Shown one piece after another: positions 23,888 through 35,660 of a stretch of 54,912 nt of DNA. Numbering within the stretch: the first letter of the stretch is position 1; each line of letters starts with the position of its first letter. The position numbers were made by a program, and so were the translations under genes. The stretch lies in assembly GCF_001194135.2 (NCBI RefSeq), contig NC_068985.1:100642592-100697503 (forward strand), given 5' to 3'. Below the pieces are notes generated by a model. The model saw only the letters and a list, made by a program, of their open reading frames with translations, ran no database searches and was not told where the DNA came from. Origin of the DNA: Octopus bimaculoides (lineage: Eukaryota).

Positions 23888-23955
23888 TATATATGTATGT
23901 ATATATATATGCATGTATATTTACATGTATATAAATGTTTGTACATGTATATGAA
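23690..23955. repeat. (GT)n-(CA)n-(TA)n compound microsatellite
   Basis: Direct reading. Confidence 0.95.
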
Positions 23956-24136
23956 TGTGTCCGCCTGTCACTAAGTTCTTATACCCGCACATACCTCTAT
24001 GTCCTCTCATTGTGAGATATAAATGAACTTTCCAGAAGGCGAATAGGTTCTTTCTATGAATTGCTTGCAGAATATACATACATCATCCTAGAATCTACGA
24101 GAGGAAGTCAACAATTATCCTCATTCTCCCCATAAC

Positions 24137-24403
24137 ATATCTTTATTATTGTCAAACGTCCTTCTGCACATGCGCGCTTATAGTTGGTACTATTGTGGTC
24201 ACGTGATTGAATTTTGAGCCTGTTCGTGCTATTTTCCTTTCTGACTTTACAGTGGTGCACATTACTAGTGGGGCGGCCATGCTTACATCGTAATGCCAGA
24301 AAGAAAAATGGCGCGATCAGGCTGAAACTTCGATCACATGATCACGATGGAGCCAGATATAAGCACGCATGCGCAGAATGCAATGTGACAGTAATAAAGA
24401 TAT
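24137..24403. mobile_element. Palindromic (foldback) MITE-like element, 114/115-bp arms, 38-bp spacer
   Basis: 24137-24250 aligns to the reverse complement of 24289-24403 at about 89/114 with a single 1-nt gap; termini ATATCTTTATTA / TAATAAAGATAT. Confidence 0.8.
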
Positions 24404-25207
24404 CTTTTGGCGAAAGTGCAGATTATGTTTCATTTCGTATATACATATTACGGACCTGGTTTGGAATACGAGTAGGTTAAGGAAGCTGGATCACTTCAAA
24501 TCAAACTTTATTACAAAAGGGAGAAGGAAAACGTCTTCAAACAAATAAAAGTGCAAATTATCTCTTCCTTACCATATTAACTACATTGAAAATTGCAAAT
24601 CCGAGCTCATTAGAATGAGATAGAGTGTCGAAATTTTATATCATAACTAACAACCAAGACGAATACCTTTACGCAATGTCAAACGTTTCTAGTCTGCTAA
24701 TTTCATCAGGCAAACTAAAACACTTTATAGGAGCTTAAGGTAACGCAGTATGTCTCTATCCCTCTCTCTCTCCCACACACCCACTTCCACATGCATACAG
24801 ACAAACACACACAAAGACATATGTATGTATTTATATATGTATTTATCTATGCATGTATGTATGTACAAGATGCCATCCTGTGGGACCGTAGCTGAAATCA
24901 TATGTTTGCGAAGCAAATTTATTACCACACAGCCAGAACTGATGAAGAAAATTAAAGCAATGTTGAACACCAGGACGAAATTGTCATAGCAATGTGAAAA
25001 GGAGTGGAAATCCAAATTTCGATGTACATGGATAGCTAGCACGAGTAAGGTGGTGTAGTTTGACCTCTTCAAATCTATCTCCCAATTTCATTAATATTAT
25101 AGAAAAGAGTGGTAAATTGATAAATCATGAGTCTCCACACGAACGAAATACTCATTAACAGATTCACAGATTGGCATGCTTTTCAATTTTGGAATTAACA
25201 TTTTTAT

Positions 25208-25335
25208 GAGGGTCGACATTGCTTTTATCCTTTCGGGATCGATAAATTAAGTACCAGTTGCATACTGGAGATCGATCTAATCGACTAGCCCCACCCCTCC
25301 AATTTCGGGCCTTGCGCCTATAGTAAAGAAGAATA
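25208..25335 (+). mobile_element. SINE family A, 5' truncated
   Basis: GAGGGTCGACATTGCTTTTATCCTTTCGGGATCGATAAATTAAGTACCAGTTGCATACTGGAGATCGATCTAATCGACT. Confidence 0.85.
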
Positions 25336-27344
25336 GTTAAGTAACACAGTCATGAACAGGCTTAATCACTGCACATTACGGAAGCTAAATAAGATATTAT
25401 ATATCCTTCTGAGCTCTAATCATTCCAAATTACTGATAGATATCTCGGAACAAATAAGCAGGGGGTCTCTATCACAAAATTGTGGACTATCTTTGATATG
25501 TTAGATTATATGAGAAATCCCTAACCTGAAAGTATTCAAAGAAAACAGAATGCATAATGCACCCGGTTTTAAGTGCCAGTCAGTTTAGACATCACGTGAA
25601 ATATTTCCACATACAATCTAGACATGACCTATATAACCGCTTTAGAACACATAGTTTTATTGTTTACTATTCTCATATGGTTATCTCACCTTAATCGAAA
25701 TCCTACTTGGAAACTATCATTGAGGAACACCTTTTGCTAACAGATGCGTATTTGGAACTACACACATTCTACTGCATAACTCTAAATCAGACTTTACCGA
25801 ATCTATCTCCGATGAATTCTAATGGAACTATAAAATGCTTCGAAACAGTAACTGTAGAGACAAAATATTTTCCAATACTTTCTTTTTTGTGTGGAATAAT
25901 AGAGACCAAGGGAATGAAAGCGGCAATATAACAAATGCAATTCACGTAAATCTTTTCAATTTGAAATTTTGATGTGTAGGACTTGTAATACAACATATGT
26001 GATATTTTCATATTCCAAGTAGGTTCACAGTAAAAGGCACACCTGGAACAAATCTGACTAGTGTTGATGGAAGCTTAGCTTTGATTGATGGCAGCGAATA
26101 TTTTCAGGAACTAGCGAAGCCATTTTATATGTTATAAAGTATACTAACCAGTCAGTAATGGGAATTTCCTTAATAAATATGGATGGGAGTGACAGTTCAA
26201 TTCCCCAGAAACGGCGTATTGTTGGTATATTATAAACAGTATTATAGAATGTCGTAGGCTTGAAGGTAAGTATCACACCTTCGGGAGTAATTTATGTTAA
26301 TGTAAGAGACCGTATCTTATAATAGTGCAATCGATTTCATAATTATAATATTCTCTTTTAAACGGAAGGAACTATTGTTATTAAGTTGGTAGTTGTGTAT
26401 AAGTGCCAAAACATACGCATATTTCGAAAGAAACATTGTTGAAAGTACGTTCAGTATGAATTATATATAGTCTTTGCGTTCCTCCTGCGTGCCAGATACA
26501 TTTTACATGAAAATAATATAATAGAAGCAGAAATTTCTCCGGAAGGTTTGTACTGAGTGTTACTGAAATTATATGTAAGATCAGAGTTTTATATGTTAGT
26601 CATGAAAATTTTGGCTAGACTGCTTATGAAAAAGAGCAATGCTTTTGTTGCATCTCATATATTATAGATATTTTAATAAATGAAATTTAAGTTGTTACAC
26701 TGAAATGATAATATATTATGCCTTATGTCGTTTACTATTTCTGCGTTTTCTTTCAGTATTGACACTGTTCTGTACGCATCGTATTTTGCACAATGAGCCA
26801 TTTTCTTGAAGGCATTGTTTCAATAATGAGCAGCATAGTTACAAAATGCCTCGTTAAATGATGAAATGAAAATGAACTTATTAGCAGTGTTAAGTGTTCC
26901 ATTTTTATTCCTGAATTCTTCGAATGCATTTTAAAATTCTGCTTTTCTGCATCAGACTTACAATAAGAGAAGTGTTTATCAGAATCTAAATCTAATATTA
27001 TATGTTAGAAATTCATTATGCTTTGATTTCTATCTGCGTGATCTTTATGTAAGGCTTAAGCAAGAACACTTAAACAACTAATCCATACATGAGTATACAA
27101 TACATGCCAAAAGTAAATATATTACTGTAAATAAGTATTTGAATACATTGCTTTTCTTATTTATACGCAGCGCCTTAGCATGAGTAACGTCTATGATATC
27201 CCCTATAAAATAATGTAATAGTTTCCTTATAGCTACGTGGGCAGACATAAAAATGACGAGAAGAAAGTGCATGCAAAGACTAGTGCATTAAAATACATGT
27301 AATCGAAGACTTTATCGGATTTCCGACCATATTTTTATGTTTAT

Positions 27345-27990
27345 ATTTCAGTGATCTGCTTTCGCTAATAACCATACAGCGTAATCGTCTTGATTCTTAG
27401 TATGCCCTTCAGAAACATATTTGGATATGCACGGCTTATACACTAGGAAGTTCTCATCTCTCGCGAGGACTTGAGAACCAGGATCTCCATCATGTCACAT
27501 GCCTGGTTCGGTTGTTAATTTATTTATCAATCCAGTAGAAGTTGTATTGCATTATACACATACATACAATATCAATATTATAAGCATTTAAGTATCTTGC
27601 TGCCGTATTTACGAATAAAGGGAGGCAAGAAAATGAATTGGATCATAACATTTTAAGTTTTGATACATTAATACGGCCGTTTCAGCATTCGAACCTCAAG
27701 AAAGAAGAGGCTGGAAAACAGCAAAACTTTTATGATTGTAAGTATGCAACGCATAAAGCAAATGAAGAATAATTCTAATAGAATGGAGGGTGGTAGAAAT
27801 TAATCTGAAAGTTATTACTGTGAAAAGTCAAGGGCTATATCCGTTAGCAGAGTTGTGAATTATAAAAGAAATAATGTAACGTTTCTGAACGTTGGAAGAA
27901 TGCTGATATTTCGCAGAGTGTTACACCACAGGTAATTGTTGGCATTATATTTCAAGAGACCAGTCTAGGAAAGTATCTGGAAGTAGGTGC
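27345..27990 (+). mobile_element. RTE-clade LINE remnant (RT C-terminal region)
   Basis: One plus frame reads YFSDLL...YALQK...AFKYLAAVFTNKGRQENELDHNI (cf. FADDL...LQ...FKYLGVVFTSDGRQDEELDTRI); later VGRM..RRVL and KRPV motifs. Confidence 0.55.
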
Positions 27991-28139
27991 AGTTTATCAT
28001 GAATCGATAGCATGCTTTTGACAGCAGTAAGAGAAGTGACATTACTTGAAGGATGGAAACAACGAAGGTCTCAATTACAAATGAACAATATGAAGGAAAA
28101 TAAAAAAAACAAATATTTCGAAAATTTTTCCATTCCTTT

Positions 28140-28330
28140 TTTCAAAGTATTGAATTGTGCTCAGATTGGATGCCACTTCACTCGCTAAATGAGAGAGTTT
28201 TGAAGAAATTCAAAGAAAGCATACTCGAAATGGAAGGATGTAAACAATCAGAATAAAATATATCAGGACGAATATACAGAAGGGAGACAGGTCCATCTGC
28301 TCGTAGGATTGTGTTGAAAGAGCTGTGGTG
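28140..28330 (+). mobile_element. Possible CR1/L2-like LINE fragment
   Basis: LNCAQ/WMP and FEEIQRKHTR resemble LEYC.Q.WSP...LE.IQRR.TR; short and frameshifted. Confidence 0.25.
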
Positions 28331-29302
28331 GATTCGATATTGTCTCTGAATGTAAACTATTTACTTAGAAAGTTTATAACAAGTTAAGGCTTAATGGTTT
28401 TGTTACAAAAGTGCTTTGAAAATATATGATCTTTAGTACGTGAAAAGTAACATTTAAATTTGGGTACGATATTTCAAACGTAGATGCAAATAAATAATTC
28501 GCACCTATATATTGTAGTACACATTACAGGAAAATTACCATACCACTAAATCAATATTTTACACCTGTGTGATACAGGACTTGCAGACATGTATAATACT
28601 TAAGCAGGAAAATACTAGAACCGTAAAACTCGAAGTTTCAAGAATCTGGAAATATTAAGAGATTAGCAAAAAAGTTGTAAGAAGAATCTAAAGAAAAATG
28701 TCCAGAAGTGTACATGGGTGGTTGATGTTCAAGAGCATATAAACGAATTTGCTTATTCTACAGAAAGATTGTTTGCTTGGCATAGCAGGTGTTATAGATA
28801 AGGTGATAGATGCTAAAGTTTGTAGTATACATCATACCTTGCAACACGATCCCAGCAGGATAGCAACGAAAAGGTGATTGAGAGACAGGAATAACAAAAT
28901 TAGTAACAGTGTGTTCCCAGTTATTGGCTATGTTTACAAAATTGTCACGTGAATGTGATCGAACGATGAATTCTTGATACTTCAAACAAGGAAAAGTAAA
29001 GATGTATTTACAGTGCACCATACAAAGTCTGAGAGAAATATTATATTTATCAAGGGAGGGAAGTGCATTATCTACCTAGAAAACTACAGTAAAATGCACA
29101 CTGTCCGGCTAAAAAGAAAAGGTATATCTTGCAAAAGATTTCATAAATGCGAATACAAACAAAACAATATATTGATTTCTTTGTTCAAGGCGTCAACATA
29201 TTGAAAACTAGATTGAAATTCTGATAATAAATGAGAATGTAACGAGATATCGACATTAAAGCTGAACAAATGTGGTAAAAATGAGCATGCAATGCATAAT
29301 AA

Positions 29303-29520
29303 AGGTAGCGAGCTGGCAGAATCGTTAGCAAGCCGGGCAAAATGCTTAGCGGTATTTTTGCCCAGCGCTACGTCTGAATTCAAATTCCACCAAGGCCAAC
29401 TTTAACTTTCATCCTTTAGAGGTCGATAAAATAAGTACCAGTTGAACACTGGTGCCGATGTAATGGACTCGCCCCCATCTCCCCCAAGTTTCCTTTGTAG
29501 CAAAAATGTGAAATAATTAT
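29303..29520 (+). mobile_element. SINE family A, full length
   Basis: GGTAGCGAGCTGGCAGAATCGTTAGCAAGCCGGGCAAAATGCTTAGCGGTATT...GAATTCAAATTCC...CTTTCATCCTTTAGAGGTCGATAAAATAAGTACCAGTTG...AT-rich tail. Confidence 0.9.
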
Positions 29521-29714
29521 TAATAATAACAAATCTATACATAAAGTAAGAATCATTGTCAGTTGTTAAATATTAGTGAAATAGTTTTTCTTTTCCCCTC
29601 ATTTCTTGCTTCAGGCATTCATTAGGAATGATTGGACGCTATTGCACTGAAAAAAAAGGAAATATATGAATCTACAATAACATTAGAGATCATGCAAAAA
29701 TATCAAATGAGTTA

Positions 29715-30157
29715 CATATACATACATGCATATACATAATACTTACATACATATATATATATATATATATATANNNNNNNNNNNNNNNNNNNNNNNNNNN
29801 NNNNNNNNNNNNNNNNNNNNNNNNNNNNNNNNNNNNNNNNNNNNNNNNNNNNNNNNNNNNNNNNNNNNNNNNNNNNNNNNNNNNNNNNNNNNNNNNNNNN
29901 NNNNNNNNNNNNNNNNNNNNNNNNNNNNNNNNNNNNNNNNNNNNNNNNNNNNNNNNNNNNNNNNNNNNNNNNNNNNNNNNNNNNNNNNNNNNNNNNNNNN
30001 NNNNNNNNNNNNNNNNNNNNNNNNNNNNNNNNNNNNNNNNNNNNNNNNNNNNNNNNNNNNNNNNNNNNNNNNNNNNNNNNNNNNNNNNNNNNNNNNNNNN
30101 NNNNNNNNNNNNNNNNNNNNNNNNNNNNNNNNNNNNNNNNNNNNNNNNNNNNNNNNN

Positions 30158-30214
<57 letters not shown>

Positions 30215-30215
30215 A
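29715..30215. repeat. (TA)n-(GT)n microsatellite spanning gap 29774-30157
   Basis: Direct reading. Confidence 0.9.
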
Positions 30216-31194
30216 TTTGTGAGATGCCGAGTACAGCCGCGTATAACGCTATTCATTGATATTCATATACTCTCTGGCTCTCACCTTTACCAATTTGTAC
30301 AGCTATCATTTGTTACTCTTCCTCCACCTCTTACTCCCCCTTTGATATCCCTCTCTTAAATGTAAATCACTGTGATACATGTCATTCATGTTCACCTCCG
30401 ATATTCAGAGTATCACTATAAAAATGACCACAGTGCACATGTGTCCCATATGAGTATGTGTGTGTGTGTGTGTGTCTGTGTGTGTGTGTGTGTGTGCATA
30501 TGTGTGTGTTGTTATTGATTTAATTAAATCTATAACAGAGATCATTGAAATGTAACAGTGGCAATTTGAATGTTGCTTTTATGAATGGTAGGTCCACTTT
30601 CAGTTTTCGTTGTCAACATCGCAGAAGTTACATGCACACACGTGCTTTAAATTGTCGATGGTTTTGAAACATATGAATTCTTGCCGAAAGCCAAAGAACT
30701 AAAATACTTGTAACTGTTATACAAATGTTACAACAATAACGTCTTCAGTCTCCATTAAACGATATTTCTGTAAGAACTATCTTTTACAAATCCATCTCAC
30801 TCATACGCGTATACACGCATTCATCTTTTCTCTCACACACACTGAAAGCATACATGCATACCAATATCTATATGTACGTACACTCACTCAGACATGTATA
30901 CATATATATGGGCGTCCGGTTCTCCTCTCTCTCTCTCTCTTTCTCTCTCTGTCTCTCTGGCCATCACTACCTTCTTCTAGTAACACTACCGTCTCTTTTG
31001 CCTCTGAATTTTCTCAGTATAATTTCCCCTCTTTTAGCTGAAGGCGTGACCGATACTTTACGTAGCTCAATACCCTTATAATGATATTGTGATGATAATA
31101 ATACCAACACAATATGGCATTTGTTAAATATTAATAACTAGTACTAATATAAAAAAATATATATATTCATCCATATTGGTAGGTGGTGCTTCTG

Positions 31195-31390
31195 AGAATG
31201 ATTTCAATAGCCATCATATTGATGATGATGACGACGGTAGCTGCGGCGACTACGGTGATGTTGATGTTGAGGATAATGATCATAAACGTGGTGGTGTGAC
31301 TCATGGTGATGGTTATGATGGTAATGCAACGGATGCATATGTTGAGGATATTGATGCAGATATAGAAAACAATTATAATGATATATGGTT
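31195..31390. repeat. Decayed (GAT)n trinucleotide repeat
   Basis: GATGATGATGACGACGGT...GATGTTGATGTTGAGGATAATGAT periodicity. Confidence 0.75.
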
Positions 31391-32461
31391 AAAAGCATCT
31401 CTTCTCAATATAACAGAATCGGAAGACAAGTGCAAGCGAGATCAATATGAAGATTTTATACGAATCTTTTTACTTAATTCGTATGTTTTTGCTATATTTC
31501 GTTTTAATGAAATTAAACGTAATAATGCCTTCTAAATATATAGAAATGCTTGGAAATATCTGGTCTGTTCAAAATATATATATATTCAATTCTGTTTTAG
31601 AAATATTCAATATAAATGAATTATAATTCTACGTATATATAATATTTATGAAGAAACATTATTTTGGATATTTTATTATTTTGATGTTTTGTTTTTCAAT
31701 TTATCTCATATCTTTCGTTTTTGTAGAAATATTTATTTACAATGATTTCATGTTTATATTTTTCATTTATTTACAGTTTTGTCTCCAAAAGTAATATGAG
31801 ACAGGAAAAAAATTCCTCTAGTAAATATTCATATGTGAAACCATGCAGCACTTGAATTTACTCATTATATACTATATATTGATTTCTAACATTTGCACAC
31901 GGCCATTTCTTTTATTTCCATTTATATATTTATTTTATTTGCAGTTATTTCATCCAGAGCAATACGCTGATGCTTCATATTAGCCTTTCGTCGATACGTA
32001 CGTTCAAAACACATTCGTTTACTTTATTACCTCCTAACATGGACGTTATGAAATAAACAGTATATTTCAAGATATGAAACAATTACTATATCTATATGTT
32101 CGTGATTGCCCGATTAATATATAATCAATGTCATCCACTCCAATGCTCACTCTTTTAATATCCAACCTACAATTAAAAATATATAGTTGTAGCACCAATC
32201 ACAATTACCGCTTACAATCTGGGGTAAAAAATAAGTCCCAAGTCCAATAGATCCGACATAATATTGTTTAGTTATTGACACAAGACATTTAAGTGTGTCT
32301 ATTCACATCGCACACAATGAAATTCATAAACTAATTCTCATGAGGCGCGTACACAGCAATAATAATTCAAGTGAAACGACCACGGCAACAAGAAAAATCA
32401 TTTCAGTTACACACCACTGCTTCTATCCCAGCCTTTCTCTCCTACTAGGCACCGTTTCTAA

Positions 32462-32463
<2 letters not shown>

Positions 32464-32529
<66 letters not shown>
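32464..32529. repeat. Pure (CT)33 microsatellite
   Basis: Direct reading. Confidence 0.95.
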
Positions 32530-32531
<2 letters not shown>

Positions 32532-34341
32532 TTCACAGTGGATTCTACATTGATAATTTTACTACGTAATTTTTTACAGAAATTAATTTTAGAGATCTTG
32601 CGAGAGACACTCAGAAATTGATAAACCGTTTATTTCAAAAAGAGGTAAATAGTTTGTGTTTTAAAGGATTTTCAAATGATTCCTTTCAGGTAAGGCAGGT
32701 AGTTTCAATTCAACTGATGTAAAAATTTGTCAGCAAATTTTCAGTTTGTATTGAAAAATCAATTGTATTGTTATTGTTATTTAGGTAATTATAAATTATA
32801 GAGAAAATTTTCTCTTCATTTTTTAACTTGTAGAAAAGCAAATAATATTTTTGAGTGCCTGCATATCATTCCTTCCTGACTCACTACTATATATCTCAAT
32901 TCTGTGATAGTTGACTCCTAAATGCGATGACCTCTTACTAAACGTAACAAGGTTTCATTGCCCTTACACTGAGCATCAGTTTAGCGGAGATTTGGCGAAG
33001 GAAATAGTTTGAGAAAGGAGGAAATTAAATGTGTTCAATACACATCCTGTTGTTTATTTGGGATATAAAGTAGCTAAAATCAGGAATATCCACTGGGCAA
33101 ACAAGCTGTGGACCGATTTAATCAATTCATCGTGTTAATTAAAATAATCTAAGTTTCTGAGTTTAAACTTCCATTATGGGTTGCAACGTTTTTGACTGTA
33201 TCGTAAAGAAGAGAATTTTGAAAACGGAAAATTAAAATTTCGCTCTGTTGAAGCAATCATTTAGCAATTGATTGCCTCCACCTATATATTTAATAATAAT
33301 CATTCATGATGAATGTTAATGACAAAATTAAAGAAATAATTTACAAGAGAAAATTAAACTATCTCGGAAAATCAGAATTAATATTCATTCCATTAGGTTG
33401 GTTTTGTTTTAAAAATATTAAGTGAAATTTCTATAGCTAAAGGCGATAAACAGAGAAATATGATAATTAACTTTTCATGTCAAATGTAACTTTGAGAAAT
33501 AATGTGGCTCTTTGAAAATATATATCTATAATAGAATTCTGATATGTATAATTATTTTCCAGTATTTCATAATTGTTCTAATGCTTTTGTTTTCGTTGGA
33601 TTCGCGCCTGCGGAATACGATTTTAATTAATGATTTGTTGAAGTGCCACTAATGATATATATTTTTTCGTTCATAATCAGATAGTCCATTTATTAAGGAA
33701 AATATTAATCTAGATTTTCTTTATAAGGTATAGGATATGGAAAACAGGCTGGCATTTTTCTACATGACTGAAAGAATTCCACTGTATACCTCACCTTTAT
33801 AATGGTGTACTTAGCAGAGTGAGAGTCAAACACTAAACCGTGAAGTTGTTAACTCAAGATTAATGTTAGCCTGGCACATTTCATTGAAGTAATTCATGTT
33901 CGAAATAATGTTGGAAATTAGGGATTGTATGTTACAAAATTCTTAATTATACAAAACGTATGAATGTAAATGAAATTAATACACTCTATGTTATAGAATA
34001 GGAATCTGAATTAGTAGCAACTCGAAGTAAATTTCAATTACCAGAAAGTAGCATCTCGCATTAAATAAGAGCCAATAAGGAAGCGTGTTCACGGTTACTC
34101 AACCTACTGGAAATAGTAACCTAATTCCAACCTCTTAGTCCCCTGTTTTGAAGCGATCTAACCGTAGCAAATGTATTACTAGTCAGTGTGGTGGAAAACA
34201 GGATGGACTTTATTTTAAACAGGTTATTACAGGCGCCGACTATTCGAAGTTACAGGTGAATAACAATAATAAAACATAAATGCGTCTTTCAAACCTCTGT
34301 ATCAATTTAATAACATGCGCAAGTGTAATAAAAGCGAAATA

Positions 34342-35144
34342 CACTGCGTCCGACATTATTAGGTAAATTAACCTTCCTTCAATGACTAAAAGAATAGTCA
34401 TTCAAAACCAATTCTTTTCCCACTGACTGTTGGGACCACTTATCTGCGCATATTCTGTTAGAATAAATCGGATTTGCGCAGACGAAAACAAACGGCGGCC
34501 ATTCCCGTGTAGCAGCAACATTTCTGCTGTCCCAAACTATTAGGCAGCTACATAATTTAAGAGTCATTATGGGTCAAAAACGTGATCTTACCTCGAATGA
34601 GAAGTATACCTTCGTGTTAGAGATTGGAAAAAGAAAAACAACCATAGCAAAAATACTGGGAAGAGATCCCAGAACTGGAAATATTTGTGCAGTCTCCCAA
34701 TTCCGTCCGGTTGAGGGAAGATAAGTGTAAGTCAAGGGTTGCTTCAACTAGTGCTTTGTCACTTGTGAAAAGCGAAGTTGTGTGGAACCCTTGTCCTACA
34801 TGAAGAGGTCTTCTAAAGTTGTGACAGGGAAGAAGTATCGAAAACTACCATGTGTTGCCTCTTGAAGGAGGTACCTAGGAATGTTAAACCTGTTATAATG
34901 TCCCCTCTGAAGGCTGTTCATTAGCAGAAGAGACTAAAATGGACAGATGAATACAAGACGATACGTTTTTCAACAGTTTTTTTCATTGACAAATACCGTG
35001 CTATCATTGGCGGCCCAGCTTGTTGGAGTAAAGGTTGGGTATCGATCGGTGTGAACCGTCCTCATCATTTGAGACGCCAACAGGAGGGAGGTGGAGTTAT
35101 GTCATGGGCTTATATCGTTGGTAGTATGGTCGACGGGCCATGGG

Positions 35145-35146
<2 letters not shown>
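34342..35146 (+). mobile_element. Tc1-like DNA transposon, 5' part (TIR, leader, N-terminal transposase), ending at an (AT)n tract
   Basis: TA|CACTGCGTCCGACATTATTAGG TIR-like start; ATG at 34569 gives MGQKRDLTSNEK...TIAKILGRDPRT; later KRLKWTDEYKTIRFSTVFFIDKYRAIIGGPACWSKGW...RRQQGGGGVMSWAYIVG...GPW (first catalytic D region). Confidence 0.85.
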
Positions 35147-35186
<40 letters not shown>

Positions 35187-35339
35187 CTCCCGAATACTAG
35201 ATGAAACCCAAGCACACATACGTACACACAGGCACACACGCGCACACACATATACGCACACAATTCGCACGTGCGTACACACCCAAACGTGTATATGTAG
35301 GTTTTCTTGTTTCGTTAAGAGAGTCGAAGAGGACATGAA

Positions 35340-35660
35340 AAGTCAAATGAAACATGAAATATTATTCCGACAACTGCATTGAAAACAGGTGCATTCAGTC
35401 TGTATGCTGTTCTCTAAAAGACGCCTACATGAATATTTACATTAATCCATGTCACCTTGTTCACTTTAGGCCTTTTGTCTGTTTCCGTAGGGAAATCGAA
35501 CTAATGACTATCTGCTTGCCATTCAACTGACCATTCAGTGTTTACAAGCTTCTCCATTACAACTTCTAAAATTACATTATGATTTGACCAGATACATTCT
35601 TGCTTTTACGATACCTTCAAATCTCACAGTAACTAGACGTTTTTGACTTGTCTGAATAAG
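35340..35660 (-). mobile_element. Possible RTE-type RT fragment
   Basis: One minus frame: DLKVS*...MEKLVNTEWSV...VGVF*RTAYRLNAPVFNAVV, loosely like DLEKAFD...MRKLG..EWLV...VGVHQG...PLLFN.V. Confidence 0.3.

Noticed and set aside
24150-24400. Housekeeping-gene promoter call from NRF1/YY1/E-box motifs
   Set aside because: The motifs lie in the arms of a long inverted repeat and no downstream first exon is evident; kept only as a hypothesis in findings.
29303-29400. tRNA-like sequences with A/B boxes (also 8157, 17716, 53353)
   Set aside because: No cloverleaf, and they continue into shared SINE bodies, so they are SINE heads and not tRNA genes.
31176-31535. Asp/Gly-rich 119-aa ORF resembling an acidic biomineral protein
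   Set aside because: Explained by a decayed (GAT)n tract; non-ATG start, no signal peptide, no clear splice context.
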